Part shown: piece after piece, positions 25,521-37,028 of the stretch
Position numbering within the stretch: position 1 is the first letter of the stretch
Layout: each line of letters opens with the position of its first letter
Assembly (NCBI GenBank): GCA_036172245.1
Contig: JAYWIR010000007.1
Coordinates: forward strand, 434,001-498,000
Source of the DNA: Raillietiella orientalis
Lineage: Eukaryota
Length of the DNA stretch: 64,000 nt
Direction of reading: 5' to 3'
The notes under the pieces: generated by a model
The model's input: only the letters and a program-made list of their open reading frames with translations
What the model was told of the DNA's origin: nothing
Databases searched by the model: none
Translations under genes and position numbers: made by a program

Positions 25521-26151
25521 GAAGGTCCCACGAAAACGAAGACCTGAGCAAGGTCGACCCTTCATCTCGCCGCTCGGCATAAACGCGGCGGAAGCTTAGT
25601 GGGTGGGTCTCCACCGCTTTACAGCCCCGGATCCCAATCTTCCCTACGGTCTTGGGAGAGCGCGGATGTGAGATTTCCATAAGGAGAGAGGGCACCCTAC
25701 CACTTCCGCAAGCATTCTTCCGGTCCAGAAGCAGGTGGGAGAGCATGGGTGGGGGGGAGATGATTCCGCGCCCGCGACCGATGCGTCGTTCTCCGTCACG
25801 GTGCCCACGCACGAGTCCACCCACGTAGTGAGGCGACACGGACCGCCCAGCGTTTTCCAATTGAATGGCCCGGCCGGCGCGCTGAGACTCGGAAGCGCGG
25901 CACGCTCAGGAGAGTCTGCACGGGGATACGCGCGGGGTTGTCCACGTTTTCCGGGAACGAGACCGTTGGGCCCTCGAGGCATCATGAGGAAACTTTCCCT
26001 TTCGAAACCGAGAGACCTCCACCTCCGAATCGCCTCCGCCGAAAGCGAGGGCGGCAGCACTCGCAAGCGCATGCGTCGCCTTCGTTCCACCTGGGGAAGG
26101 AAGAAGGGGACCGGCTAAGCAAAAGGCGTTGCAGGCCAGCTTCCGCTTTCG

Positions 26152-26157
26152 TTTATT
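26152..26157 (-). promoter_or_regulatory. Candidate polyadenylation signal of plastin
   Basis: AATAAA on minus strand about 250 nt downstream of the plastin stop, after a T-rich 3'UTR. Confidence 0.45.
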
Positions 26158-26405
26158 CATGAATCCGTACTATGCTTCGTCAAGGCAAAAAAAAAAAACA
26201 AAAAAAAAAACAGTTTAGGAGCTTCGGCTTGGCTGAATCCAGGGAAACAAAGAATCGCACACTGTCAGGAGAAGGGGAGCAAAGAAAAGCGGGCAGAGAA
26301 CGCGAGCAACTGGGGCGGGGTGGGGTGGGGGGAGGAAAATAAAAACATGAAATTGCACTCTAAGATACTATGCAGTACCAGGAATGTAACGGGTTTCGGG
26401 GAGAG

Positions 26406-27426
26406 TTACGATTTGTCATCCATGTTGGGCAGGTAGTCCAGAGCCATGAGGCATGCGAACACGGTCATCACCATTTTCGGCTTGACCTCGCAAATATCTT
26501 CAGGCAGCGCGTATATGCGAGCGCCTATCTTGCGTGCCATGGAAACTGCGTACCGCGCGTTGTCATAGCACTCCGTGGTGCTGCCGCTGTGCACCAAATC
26601 GTAGTTGACGGTGTTGGGCCGGATGGCGTCGATCAGATCCAGGATGATGCGAGAGTCTGCGAGCGATGGGTCTTGGAAGGATCGAAGCCTGCTCGTCTTG
26701 CTCGCGTTTGCCAGTTTGTTGTTGGTCCATTCGATGATCTCTTTCTCTATAATCGGATGACCCGTGTTAGCTAACTTGGTCAGCACACTGAGAGTGTAGG
26801 CACGCATCAGCTGCCAGACCAATGCCAGCGTCAGGGTCGTGTTGCCTTCCAGAAGATCGGCTCCTCCGATGCCCACGAGGGAGAATTTCAATTCATTCCC
26901 TAGTTCAATGGCATAATTGCAGTTTTCCAGCTGCTGCATGAGACGGCGTAGGCGACTGAACTGGCGGTGCACACGCTGCCAGTCCACCATGCCAGGGCGG
27001 ATGATGTCACACAGCTGGAAGATGACTAAACCATCAGCTAGGTCCGAGTAAATCCAGTTGACATGAGGCGACACACCCATGGAGTTCATCCAGTTGCGGT
27101 AGGTCTTTTCCTCCCGGGTCTCTTCAAAAGTGGGAGCAGGGGAGTCAACCACTGTTTCAGGCACTTCCAAAGCAGGGAACTTATTGAAAAGGTTGGCGAC
27201 AAAAGCAAGGTTCAGATTGTAGATGCCATCCACCACATCTGATGCAGTGACAAACGTGCGGCACTTGATGCGATCAGCTTGCTGCAGCATGATTTCTGCA
27301 CGTGCCAGATGCTGAGGCTCTGACAAAGGAGCCAGAGTAACACCACATTCTGGTGGTGCTATCTGGTGCAACAGGTGGGTATAGATTTCTGAATCTCGCA
27401 CATCTGTGCTGAAGTTGGTCAACCTC
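26406..27426 (-). CDS. Fim: Plastin/fimbrin, exon 6 (end of CH2, CH3, CH4)
   Basis: LNLAFVANLFN, EETREEKTYRNWMNSMGV, ENCNYAIELG, TLTLALVWQLMRAYTL, NARYAVSMARKIGARIYALPEDICEVKPKMVMTVFACLM are diagnostic plastin motifs; acceptor ctcag|. Confidence 0.97.
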
Positions 27427-27476
27427 CTGAGGTTAAATCCTAAGGATGAGACTCAAGACTCTGGAGACCCTCTCAC

Positions 27477-27631
27477 CTAGAAACATTTGCTCTCTGTAAA
27501 TGATAGTTAACCCATCGCATCAGGATGGTTTCTGGTGAAATCCTAGTTAGTTGGTCCAGCTGCTCTCCTTCAGCTAACAGGGCTGCAAGCCCAGGACAGT
27601 GTTCCAGCGTGATCTGATTGAAAAGCCCAAC
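27477..27631 (-). CDS. Fim: Plastin/fimbrin, exon 5
   Basis: [15 protein letters not shown]...[14 protein letters not shown]; flanked by 49-nt and 50-nt GT-AG introns with matching phases. Confidence 0.93.
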
Positions 27632-27680
27632 CTATCCCACCACAGTCAGAACGAATCAACTCAGTTAGATAGGAATATAC

Positions 27681-27888
27681 CCGGATGATCTGCCACAGAA
27701 GTCCCAGAACCAAATGGGGTTTGCCCTTTGTCAGGTCATGAGCATCAATGCTCACTACATTGCATCCAATGGACTGGGCAGAGTTCAATGCTAGTGTCAG
27801 ATTCTCATACTTTGTATACACCGTGAGGTTCTTTTTGTTGATAGCTCTTTCATCAATGGTATCTGGGCAAGAGTGATTGATGATTTTA
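27681..27888 (-). CDS. Fim: Plastin/fimbrin, exon 4 (CH1)
   Basis: [19 protein letters not shown]...[18 protein letters not shown]...[14 protein letters not shown]; preceded by a 39-nt intron 27889-27927. Confidence 0.94.
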
Positions 27889-27927
27889 CTACAGAAACCA
27901 CTTAGTGCAAAAGCCTGTCTTTCTCAC

Positions 27928-28190
27928 CATAATAAGATGCCATCCTTGACCTTATCATACAGTTGTTTGCCTTGCACATCAATAGGCAATAAGTGACTCA
28001 AATCTGGGTCATAACTCAGATTATTGTTAATCCAATTGGAAAAAGCCAGCTGTTCTTCCAGACGTACACTGTGGGTTGTACCTTCACTGCTGGCCTCTGA
28101 CATGCCTCCCAACGTCTCTAGATTTGGTCTTTTTGAAACTACTTTTTTGAATGATGATCCAACTTCTTTTGCCTTTAGCTCTGAATATAG
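27928..28190 (-). CDS. Fim: Plastin/fimbrin, exon 3
   Basis: GGMSEASSEGTTHSVRLEEQLAFSNWIN...LYDKVKDGILL; acceptor ttttgcag|, donor |gtgaga. Confidence 0.94.
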
Positions 28191-28241
28191 CTGCAAAAGC
28201 AAAGCATCCTAGTACATGAAAACCTCCAGTAGAATACAGAC

Positions 28242-28409
28242 CTTCTGAAACTCTTGAAAACTGAGGCACTTGTGCATTCTGTCCCCCTTGTCCTTCTCCA
28301 TTTCTTCGATCATCTGACGTATGCGCCATTGTGGAATTTTCAACCCAACAACTGCTAAAGCGTTCTTCAATTCTTCCAACTCAATAAATCCATTTCCATT
28401 CACATCAAT
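28242..28409 (-). CDS. Fim: Plastin/fimbrin, exon 2 (EF-hands)
   Basis: IDVNGNGFIELEELK canonical EF-hand loop, GLKIPQWRIRQMI; acceptor ttaccag|, donor |gtctgt. Confidence 0.9.
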
Positions 28410-29405
28410 CTGGTAATGGGGTGGATACAAGAGTGTACATTTGAAGTGAAAGAGCACTCATTTCACAGATTTGAGAATTTGTTGTTACAATAAATTTTCA
28501 GCCAATTCCTGAATTCACAATTCTGAAAGTGTCCCAGAGGAGCCAATGCTTTACATTCAAAATTTGATCTATGTAGCCCATCTGAAAATATGGAGCTCAT
28601 ATTTTTTACTTTACAAAGAGAACAAAGGGTATGTTTCACTTTTATGCAATCATTCCATTGGCCAATTTATTGTTGTAACGAATCTTATTTTTACCAGGAG
28701 AAGGGGAAGGGTGCTACTAGTTTTGACAGGGTAACCTAATGGCCTGATACTCCATGCCTTTATTCGATTAGCAGCACTCTTTAAGATGCAATGAAAATTT
28801 TCATTTAAATCTATCAAAAAAAAAAACAAAAAAAAGGCTTTGCAGTTGCCTGTTGTCCTGTAAGGATTTGAAACGGAAATTCCACTAGGAGTTGCTATGA
28901 AGAAAAATCGTTTCTTCAAAGAAGATGAAGCGCAAATTACGGATCCAAAAGACTTGCTTGCAAGACTTTTTTCGACAAGCAGCAAAGGTGTGAAAACCCT
29001 CCATGCAAGTTTGAAAATGAACACGTTCCCCTTCATCCCCCCCGTTATGTTTGCAAAAAGAAATGTACGTCACTCTTACGTTTTATTCCGGAGAAATTTA
29101 GCCTCTGCAACCTTTTACATGTTTACACAACTCTCCTTTCACGTGGCAAATTCTCATATATTAAGGCCGAAGTGCACCTCTCGAGATTTCGGTACTAATA
29201 GCAAGGCACGAAACATGTAACAAGGTAAGGATGGGCAAAAGGGACCCGGATCTGCTTGGTTTCCCTCTTTTTTTAACCCTCAGGAACCCCACCTCTCAGC
29301 ATTTGCACCTGGGAGCAGGCGCGCGCGTTGGGTGGGTCAACACCATTTTTACGCTTGCTTAATCATCGAGACTGCACCGCGATCATTAACAGGAAAAAGC
29401 CTTAC

Positions 29406-29477
29406 AGAATCGAAATTGGCAGCCAGCTCCTGGATGTCTTCAGATGACAGATTCACACTGCTCCGGACCTGATTCAT
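29406..29477 (-). CDS. Fim: Plastin/fimbrin, exon 1
   Basis: ATG at 29477 with an in-frame stop upstream; MNQVRSSVNLSSEDIQELAANFDS|gtaagg joins in phase 0 to IDVNGNG, giving the helix before EF-hand 1. Six exons sum to 1887 nt = 628 aa + stop, a typical plastin length. Confidence 0.82.
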
Positions 29478-29949
29478 GCCGACGGATCCTCAATGCATTA
29501 CCGCATGTCCTCCAGCAGCACGCCAGGCCACACTGCAGGCACCACCACTCACCAACATGGAAAAATTTATCGCATGTGACCTATTCTCACAGATAGCAGT
29601 CCCTACGACAGGTTCGGGAGGCAGTCGGCAGGTCGGTGCTCCTGGGAAGGCCCGGGGTTCTTGGAAAGCGGCGTCGGGCCCGCCCTCGCGATGACGTTTG
29701 CACACTGTGAGGCCGGGAGGAGAAGCTGGAATTCCTGGAATGCTTGCGGGGACCGGTGCTCAATCCGTTTTGGTTACTCGGTAACGCTCCTCCCGGAGAA
29801 ACGGAGAACGTGTCCAGGGATTCAGAGTGGCGTGCACGGCCCTGCCGGCGGAAACGGATCCGACCCATTTACCAAGGCTCCTCCTTAGTGTATTCCCTCC
29901 CCGCCTCCTCCCCCCCCCCCCCCCAAAAAAAAATATATATATATATAAA

Positions 29950-31870
29950 ACGAAAATGAAAAACTTTGCTGATCTCCAAGTCGCGAATGATCCTTTCGCA
30001 GGGAAGAAAAAACAAGATATCCTTGTCCTTATATTTGTCCCAGTTGAAGTTTTTCGCAGCGCGGATCGGTGGAAGGTTTCGGAAGGTCCGTCCGTGGTGT
30101 TTTGCGGACCTCCCGCGTTGCCAGAACACTCCGCACGCAGCCACGAAACAAAGTGATCCCAAACGGGAAACACTGCCTTCCCACCCGAACGGTTTTAAAA
30201 TGCACGTTTGAAATTTCAAGTTGTTTGATAAGATCGATAAGTGTTCGAATTCGGAAAGCCCTTAGCGGAATTTCGGTACCTGGACTTTGAATCCCCCCTC
30301 CCCCCTTCCACGATATGTAGTCGTAAAGTATACGGTCGCTAACCGTCTGAACGACAGTTTTCGCTGGTGGGTGTACAAAAGTCCCAGGATCTCTCCCTTA
30401 AATAGGAAATACATACATATATATAAGCGGACAACTAAAGCTACGCATCCTGGAGTGAAAGCAACTCTCCTCCCACATCCAAATTTGGGGATGGAAAGTT
30501 TGGGCGTCGGACATTTTGTTTTTCACCTGAAAGTGCTGCGAGTGGCTCGAGGGGAAAGAGTTGCATCACCACCATGACTCTCCTTTGAATAAACAGCCTC
30601 GGCAAAAGCCATCTCCACGCAGGTGTTCGCCGGCTCCGAGCGATGGGCATGCGTCGAGCGGATCCGTCTTATCGATAAACCTGTGGCACGCACACGCTTT
30701 TCTGAGAAGGGGAAAAGAAAAAAAGATTAGAAGCTCCGTTTGAAGGGCGAGCCAGCAGACACCACTCGCTGTCGAACTTGCTGAACTGGCACAGATTTAG
30801 GAGATCGACGGAAGATCAGCTTTCGGCCAGCCGGATGCCGATCTGCGCAGTTTCGCCAGTTGTTGTTTTTTTTTTTTTTTTCTCCCCCTCTCCTCCAGCG
30901 CTCTTGGGATGCAGCTCTCCCACGCAACAGCCGTTTTCGGCTCCTTCGAGCGGAACGCTTCATCGCCGATTGCATCGGGCGGGCGCGTGGCGGGTGGGAA
31001 GATGCGAGCGACCAACGCTGAGAACTTTCGCCGGAAAGACCCACCAGGCGGGAGCCGATCGACCCGGGAGAGGAACGCGAACAGGATAGGCCCTCAGCGA
31101 AACCCGATCTGCCGCGCGTGGTCTTGTGCGACCTGCTTGACAGTCGTCGAGAACCGGAAAGAGAGGAGGAGGAGGAGGGGAGATTCCGCAGCCGGAGGCA
31201 GCTGAGGGGCGGCCTTGTGCAACACAGGTGTTGAAGAAGCGGAGGCTCTCTCGTCCTGGTTGGTACTTTGAGGCTCTCTTCTTCTCTCGAAGCCCTGGAG
31301 ATCGCTTCAGGATCCCTTGCTGCAGAAGAAGAAGGGTCTTGGGAGGCGCTCGCAAGGGGGAAGAGGAGGCGGGACCTTGCTGCAGCAGGGGACATGACCG
31401 TGTTTGGACGATACAGGAAAAAAAAAAAAACCTCGCTGTCCAAAGACCAGAGACCACCCTGCTGCTCTCCCCTGCTTGCCACCGCCACTCAGTTGCCACC
31501 GCTTCTATCCCTGCCAAGCAGCACAGGGGAACACCGAACACCCTCACACTGGATGTTTGGGAACAGTTTGTTCGCAAACATCTCCCAGGGCCTTTCCAGC
31601 GATCAGGAGCCCTTTCGCAGGTGCGGATTCGATGGAACGCACTGCCATTTTGACCATTTTTCTCCTCGGTCTTCGAAACTACCCAGCCAGGGGATGCGAG
31701 CACCATTTCGGAGCAAGCTGTTTCCTCTCTGCACTCCATCGGGAAACGCAAGTGTTCCATAGGTGTTTCGAATAACAGCGGCATCGCGAAACTCCCAAGG
31801 CCCAATAGACCGCCATCTCGCAGCACCGTCCTGAACTAGGAGCCGTCGTCTTCCTTACTAACTGCAAGTT
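29950..31870 (-). mobile_element. Near full-length decayed Penelope-like element upstream of plastin
   Basis: In order on minus: EHLRFPMECRE (cf. N-terminal HL.F...C), PAKVLSVG (cf. LPKVHK.G), SVDLLNL (cf. SLDV.SL), DGSARRMPIA / PANTCVE (cf. G.AMG.P..P..AN..ME), TFHPQI, GLSEFEHLSIL, GRTFRNL, NFNWDK..IL...RIIRDLE (GIY-YIG tail). Confidence 0.6.
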
Positions 31871-32020
31871 GTTCTCGTGGTGGTTCCGCGGAAGGGGGGT
31901 GGGGGAGAGTGGACATCGCAGAAAAACTTCTTCTCAAGACGACTGATCGGGTTGTCTTGCAGGCAGCAAAAAGATAGACTTACCGTCTATCTTTTTGTGA
32001 ATTTTCCAGCGGCGCGGGAG

Positions 32021-33080
32021 TTTATTACCCGGTTGCGCCCGGACGTTTATTAATAATATCATCTGGGAACTGAGTTCCCAGGCAGGGGAAACAGAAGATG
32101 GGGAAGAGGGTTCCCGGTACGCAGGCCGGGCACACTGAGAGTTCGGAACGGGTGGGAGGGGACAATAAATAAATAAATAGGGTGGGAGGGTGGGGATAGG
32201 TGTATGCAGTCCAACCGTTCCTATTCTCAGAACCGGCGGTGAATGCCGGCAATCTCCGTCCTCACTTCTGCTTCAAGGTGTGGCCACCCGGCAGCCATTT
32301 GCAGGTTGCAGGCTGCGGTGTCGGGGACCGATGTTGGGAGTGCTCGCATCTGCAATACGTGGCGGGCCCTGACAGTGGCGCGGACGCAGCAAATGATTGC
32401 GACGACCGCTATAAGAGAAAGACCGCCACGCGTGAAGAAGCGGCGCATCCAATCCACTGTGGGGTGCAGGAGCGCTGAAGACAGCCGCCGCCACAGCTCC
32501 TGGAGGGCACCGCATTCAAATAGCAAATGCGGAAGCGATTCAACCGCTCCGCATTGGGCACAGTTCGGGGAAGCAACCCCCCCGGAAACCAGGTGCGCGC
32601 GCTGGTTGCAGCACAGACCCCAATGCACCAGCAGAAAAGCGTCCTGTTTCCACCAAAGGGGGAAGAGAGTCGCGTCCAAGCACGCAGAAGGGACCACAAG
32701 TTCCTCGGGGTGCCCCCCGAGGAGCTCACTCCACCGGAGAAGCCCCTTGACACGAAGGCGAGGGGTGGCAGCGTCTGGCAGCTCGCAAGTTCTCAGGCCG
32801 CCCAGAAGTCAAGTTTCGCCTGCGATAGCGCAAGCGACCTCCCACCTCGCCGGTAGGACACTGTCGTCTCGCACCATCAGGGCAGACAGTGCTGCGGCAA
32901 GAGTCGTAGCTGCTGGGCGTGTCCACTGGTCCTGGTCTTCCAACACCTCTCCCACTGGACAGTATGAGGAAGGGTTCACGCAACGGAGTTCCAAACGGGA
33001 CACATCCTGTTGCGCTGCCCAGGACGGCTCGGGGGTTGTGGCACCAGCAGGAGGCGCTTCAGCTCTCGGAGATGTCCTGA
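32021..33080 (-). mobile_element. Tx1/L1-clade LINE, best preserved 3' portion (ORF2 CCHC domain + 3'UTR)
   Basis: ORF 32227-32697: SPNCAQCGAVESLPHLLFECGALQELW is the L1/Tx1 C-terminal CCHC (zf-RVT-like) motif; 3'UTR ends AATAAA-cgtccgggcgcaaccgggt. Confidence 0.8.
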
Positions 33081-33099
33081 CGTTTCCTGCCCACGCGTC

Positions 33100-34080
33100 T
33101 TACCGGTCGAAAGCCTTCGGAACGGAGAGCTTCAGTGTCTCTTCTTCTTCCCCGGAGCTCTTCGGGACCGTTTTCGAAGGCGCCGAGGCGCCACCAGCCA
33201 GGCCGGTGCGGTCATGGACGCGATGCCGCCACGCGCCATCGTTGCGACTTCTTGTCCCGTTTCGGGCGTGGATGCGCCGGAGCTTTCGCCGCACGATTTT
33301 CTCCACTCGTGGAGAATCCCAAACCACGCGGGGCCTTGGAAACTTTTTCCGTCTGCCGGCGTGAAGGGTTGGCAACTTTTTTTCCACGCGGCCTCCCGTC
33401 GCACCAACCACGGGTGTGCGCGCACGCGAACGCGGGTTCCGTCGCTTCTCGCCCGCCCGCCCCGCTCGGGCAGGGAAAGCTGGTCATGCCGGAGGGAAAG
33501 TCCTCATCGGTATTTGTTGCGGCCCACGACGTTTCGAGTTTGACTTCAACCGCCACGACTCCCTTCCGGAAAGTTCCTGGATGCGATTAAACCAACGGGG
33601 CGCCGTGACAAAATTTCCTGCTCACTGCCATACCCTCCACGCACGCAACGGGCCAGGGCAAAGCAGTTATCCAATGGGAATACAATGTTTTAGGGATCGA
33701 ACCAGTACGGTACTTGAAGGTGGCTTCCCGGATGACGGAACGACGTCCCAACGGCTTTTCTCACGAAGGGGGGGGGGGGGGGACAAGCCCTGTAAGGACC
33801 GAGAGTGGCTTTCCGTGCTCCTCCTCTGGAGGAGTAGCACGACGGCACGTCAGCTCTGCATGGCCGCAAGAAGAGGACCTGGAAACTGTTGGTTTTCTTG
33901 CAAGCCAGAAATGGAGCTTTCAGTGCTCGCTGGCGAAAATCGATGGTCGCTCGGAAAACGTTCGGCGTCCCTCTCGAAAGCAGGCGGTGGCGGGACGTGG
34001 ACGGTCAGTCATCATCTCTCCTGAGGTGAGTACAGCTTCAAGCCGAAACCGATTCATAGCAAGCCGAGACGCCAGTAAAA
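33100..34080 (+). mobile_element. Inverted, decayed L1/Tx1 RT domain abutting the minus-strand 3' portion
   Basis: Plus-strand SKAFGTESF...PELFG (33107; cf. KAFD.V....L..FG), TFSVCRREG (cf. F.V.RGVRQG), SVFVAAHDV (cf. AYADDV), IEPVRYLKV (cf. V.YLGV), SLSKAGGGG (cf. L.P...GGLG) in correct order. Confidence 0.55.
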
Positions 34081-34299
34081 GCGCTCTTGCTGCATGCACA
34101 GCACCACCTTTTTGTTTTTTGTTTTTTTTTTGCGTTTTTTTTTTTTTGGATTTCACCCTACCGAGACCCTTGCAGCTCAGTCCCCAGTCTCCGTTTATCT
34201 TATGATTGCATGCTGTTTTCGGAACTGATATGATGATGCTGAAGTAGCATGCATGTTTCATTGTGTTTTTCCTTCCCTTTGAATTGAATGCTTTTTGAA

Positions 34300-35700
34300 A
34301 ATGGTACTCAGTGGTTGCTGCCTCAGTGCTTGCAACAGCAAGGTGAGGAACCGAAACGTTACTTCTACCATCTTTGGTGGAAATCTTTCGGTACGCTTAC
34401 CACGTACCATACTGGTTCGATCTTGCAATTTTCAGTTTTCCATAGGTCCTCAGCGTTTTTTGGCGATGCTGGCCATACGCTGTGGTAAACGAGATTTCCG
34501 TTTCAAAGTTGGGAAGCGGAAGCCCATCTCCAGTTCCAAACCCGAATGAACCACTTGGATTCTGTCCAGCTCGGTTTCACTAGATGGACCAGCATTGCTG
34601 AAACTGCATCGCTAAAAACATGGCTGTTGTCTCAAAGAAGTGTTCCCGTTTTTTCACCACGTCTTCTGGACCGACGATGATTTTCGCAATTCGCTGTTCC
34701 CGTGCTGTCGTCATTCCAGGATGATTCTTCAACCCAACGCTGAGCATCATTAAAGTTGTAAATGCATACGGACTTCGTCGGATTACATCAACGTATCCGA
34801 TATGACGATTATCAAAATACGACGCAGAACTGCACAGCAACGTAAACGGAGCAAAGATGATGAGGAACGGCAGCAGCTGCACCATTACTTACAATGAACG
34901 CGGCTTCCACCAGTGGGCTCTTAGATTCTGGAGTCTGCCAGAGAACGAGTCCAGAAGGTCGCCGGCAGGACTTTTCGTTTCGCTTGCACGAGACATCTGC
35001 AACGGAGCGTGCAGGACATTCGTTGCTTTTGCGACCCCATCCCGAGGACGCGAGCAGCTGCTGGCGACGGCCGAAAGAAATTCCCCGAAGATGACCATTT
35101 TTCCGGAGGATGCGCGTTTGGCGTTCCGGATGCTGCGGAACTCTTGAATTCAACGCGAGCAGGGATGCGGTCCACGTAACGGAGACGTCCGCGGGCTGCA
35201 CACGTCTGTGGGCTTTCCGCGTGCACTGTCTCCACCCAACTTGAGAATGCCTTTCAGATTCCCGAGACAACCAAAGTCACTCGGATTGCAGCATCCGAAG
35301 GTCCGTCTAAGGAAATCTGGCACTGAGACGCGGCCTTGCGAATTTCTATCGCCGTATAAATAAAGAAACCGTTCAGCGAAGATGCACGAAAGTCTCTCTC
35401 CAAGAGCCTTCGCCCCGTGGCATTCGGAGAAGTCATCGGACGCGCGTGCATTCGAGAGTTCCGATCTGCCGAGGCTCTATTTAAACCGACCCGTTTCCAA
35501 GGCGAGCGGACGAGGGAGAGTGCTGCATGCAGCATCCAGACCTGCGCATGCTGATGAATTCGACAGCGTCCAAGGATTTCATCACGTACACGTAGCAGCC
35601 GTGTTTACAAACTGTTTCCAAGTGTCTTGTAAACATTTAAACTGTGTCTTTCTCGTGCTGTTTACAGTGCATGCCAAGAGGTACCTCATCATATCCATGG
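34300..35700 (-). mobile_element. Decayed L1-like RT fragment
   Basis: Minus-strand KIIVGPEDVV (YADD position) and IEPVWYVV; the 19-nt stretch 34404-34422 is an inverted near-match of 33694-33712 in the neighbouring RT relic. Confidence 0.38.
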
Positions 35701-36169
35701 GAGGAAGCGGGCAATCGCAAATGGAAGGGAGTTCCAGCAATCAAATCAAGCGAGGTGCATCCTTTGACGGGAACTCTCCAACTTGCAAAGAGTTTCATAT
35801 CTTGAAGGGAGAGGGGCGGGAAGCGTTGCTGCGTTACACGCGAAATGCATTGGTTCACTTGTAGCGTGCTCTTTCACTTTTGTTTCACCGCTGCTCCAGA
35901 AGGGGGAAGAAGCGTTCCCGCCTTCGTTTATCGGAATCTTGGGAAATCTCAGCAAGTCTCAGTCACGGCGGAGCCATCACGCTGAATGTAGACCGATGCC
36001 GACCTTAGGTTTGGTCACATGGTGAAGGTTGCCCTGTTTATCTACGAGATGCTGCTCTCAAAAAAAGACAAAAACAAACACACACACACAGAAAACAAAA
36101 AAGCAATCTGAGTTTTGTAAGTTTACAAGTTTTGTGCGCTGGAGTAACGTAGTAGCACCTTGTTACCAT

Positions 36170-37020
36170 CACTACCTCCTCTGCCTACGGATCGGGCTGC
36201 AGGTGTAGTTCCGACCATTTGACCCTTTGTGGTAAACTGTGGACGTGTCACCAATGTGTTCCGGCACGACACATCCTCCGAAGACGAGCAGGAAGTGCAT
36301 GACTTCTTTCGCTACCACCGTGCAACCCACGTAGGAAGACCGGATTTGGCTACCCCCTGAGGCATCTGTCCTTACTTCTGGTAACCCACCCGTGGATCCC
36401 CTGCCTCCCCATAAACTGGAACGCCTGGAGATAGGAGACGCTGGAGTTCCACTTTGGATGTGCGTCCAGAGGAGCTGAGACTGCTTCAGGATCTCCAACG
36501 CAAGCCACTGCCGGACTGGGCGCAGTCGTCGCACCCCCTGCAGCAGCACTGCCTGCCAACAGGGCAAACAGCAGCAGCCAACACGAGGAATGGGGTGGTT
36601 TCTTGCAATGGCTGCAGGGGTCGAGAGACTCCTGGACGGCCTCAAGACGAGCAAGTTGGCGGACGGTGCCTCTCCTCGTTCCAGACGAAGGGACTCTTTC
36701 AGTGGGGTAACCTTCTCGGTGTGTCCCCGGAAGAATCCGCGGTCCCTTCCCTGTGTGTGGACACCTCTGAGTTCCCGCTCCAGTAAAAACAGGATTCCGG
36801 TTCGACACCTGGTTCACGCTGGGGAACCACCTCCCCGAACTGTCCCGGGTGTGGGGCGGTGGAAGCCTTCCCGCGCCTGCTTCCTGCTGGACCGCGGTGC
36901 CCTGGAGGGCATGTGGCGGAGTCTTCCTTCGGCGCTTCGCCACCCGGATGATTTCCCCTCCCCCCTCATCCGCTTCAAACTTGCTGCGGCGCTTCTCCAC
37001 GCACGGTGGGCTGAAGGCGG
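36170..37020 (+). mobile_element. Possible decayed L1/Tx1 ORF2 C-terminal fragment
   Basis: WTASRRASWR...GPFPVCGHL (cf. K...WR.....CP.CG..E) near 36630-36770; weak. Confidence 0.3.
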
Positions 37021-37028
37021 GAGCCCTG

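Noticed and set aside
32243..33364. 373-aa plus-strand ORF
   Set aside because: Mostly antisense to the Tx1 ORF2 remnant; only its end overlaps the inverted RT relic. Not a gene.
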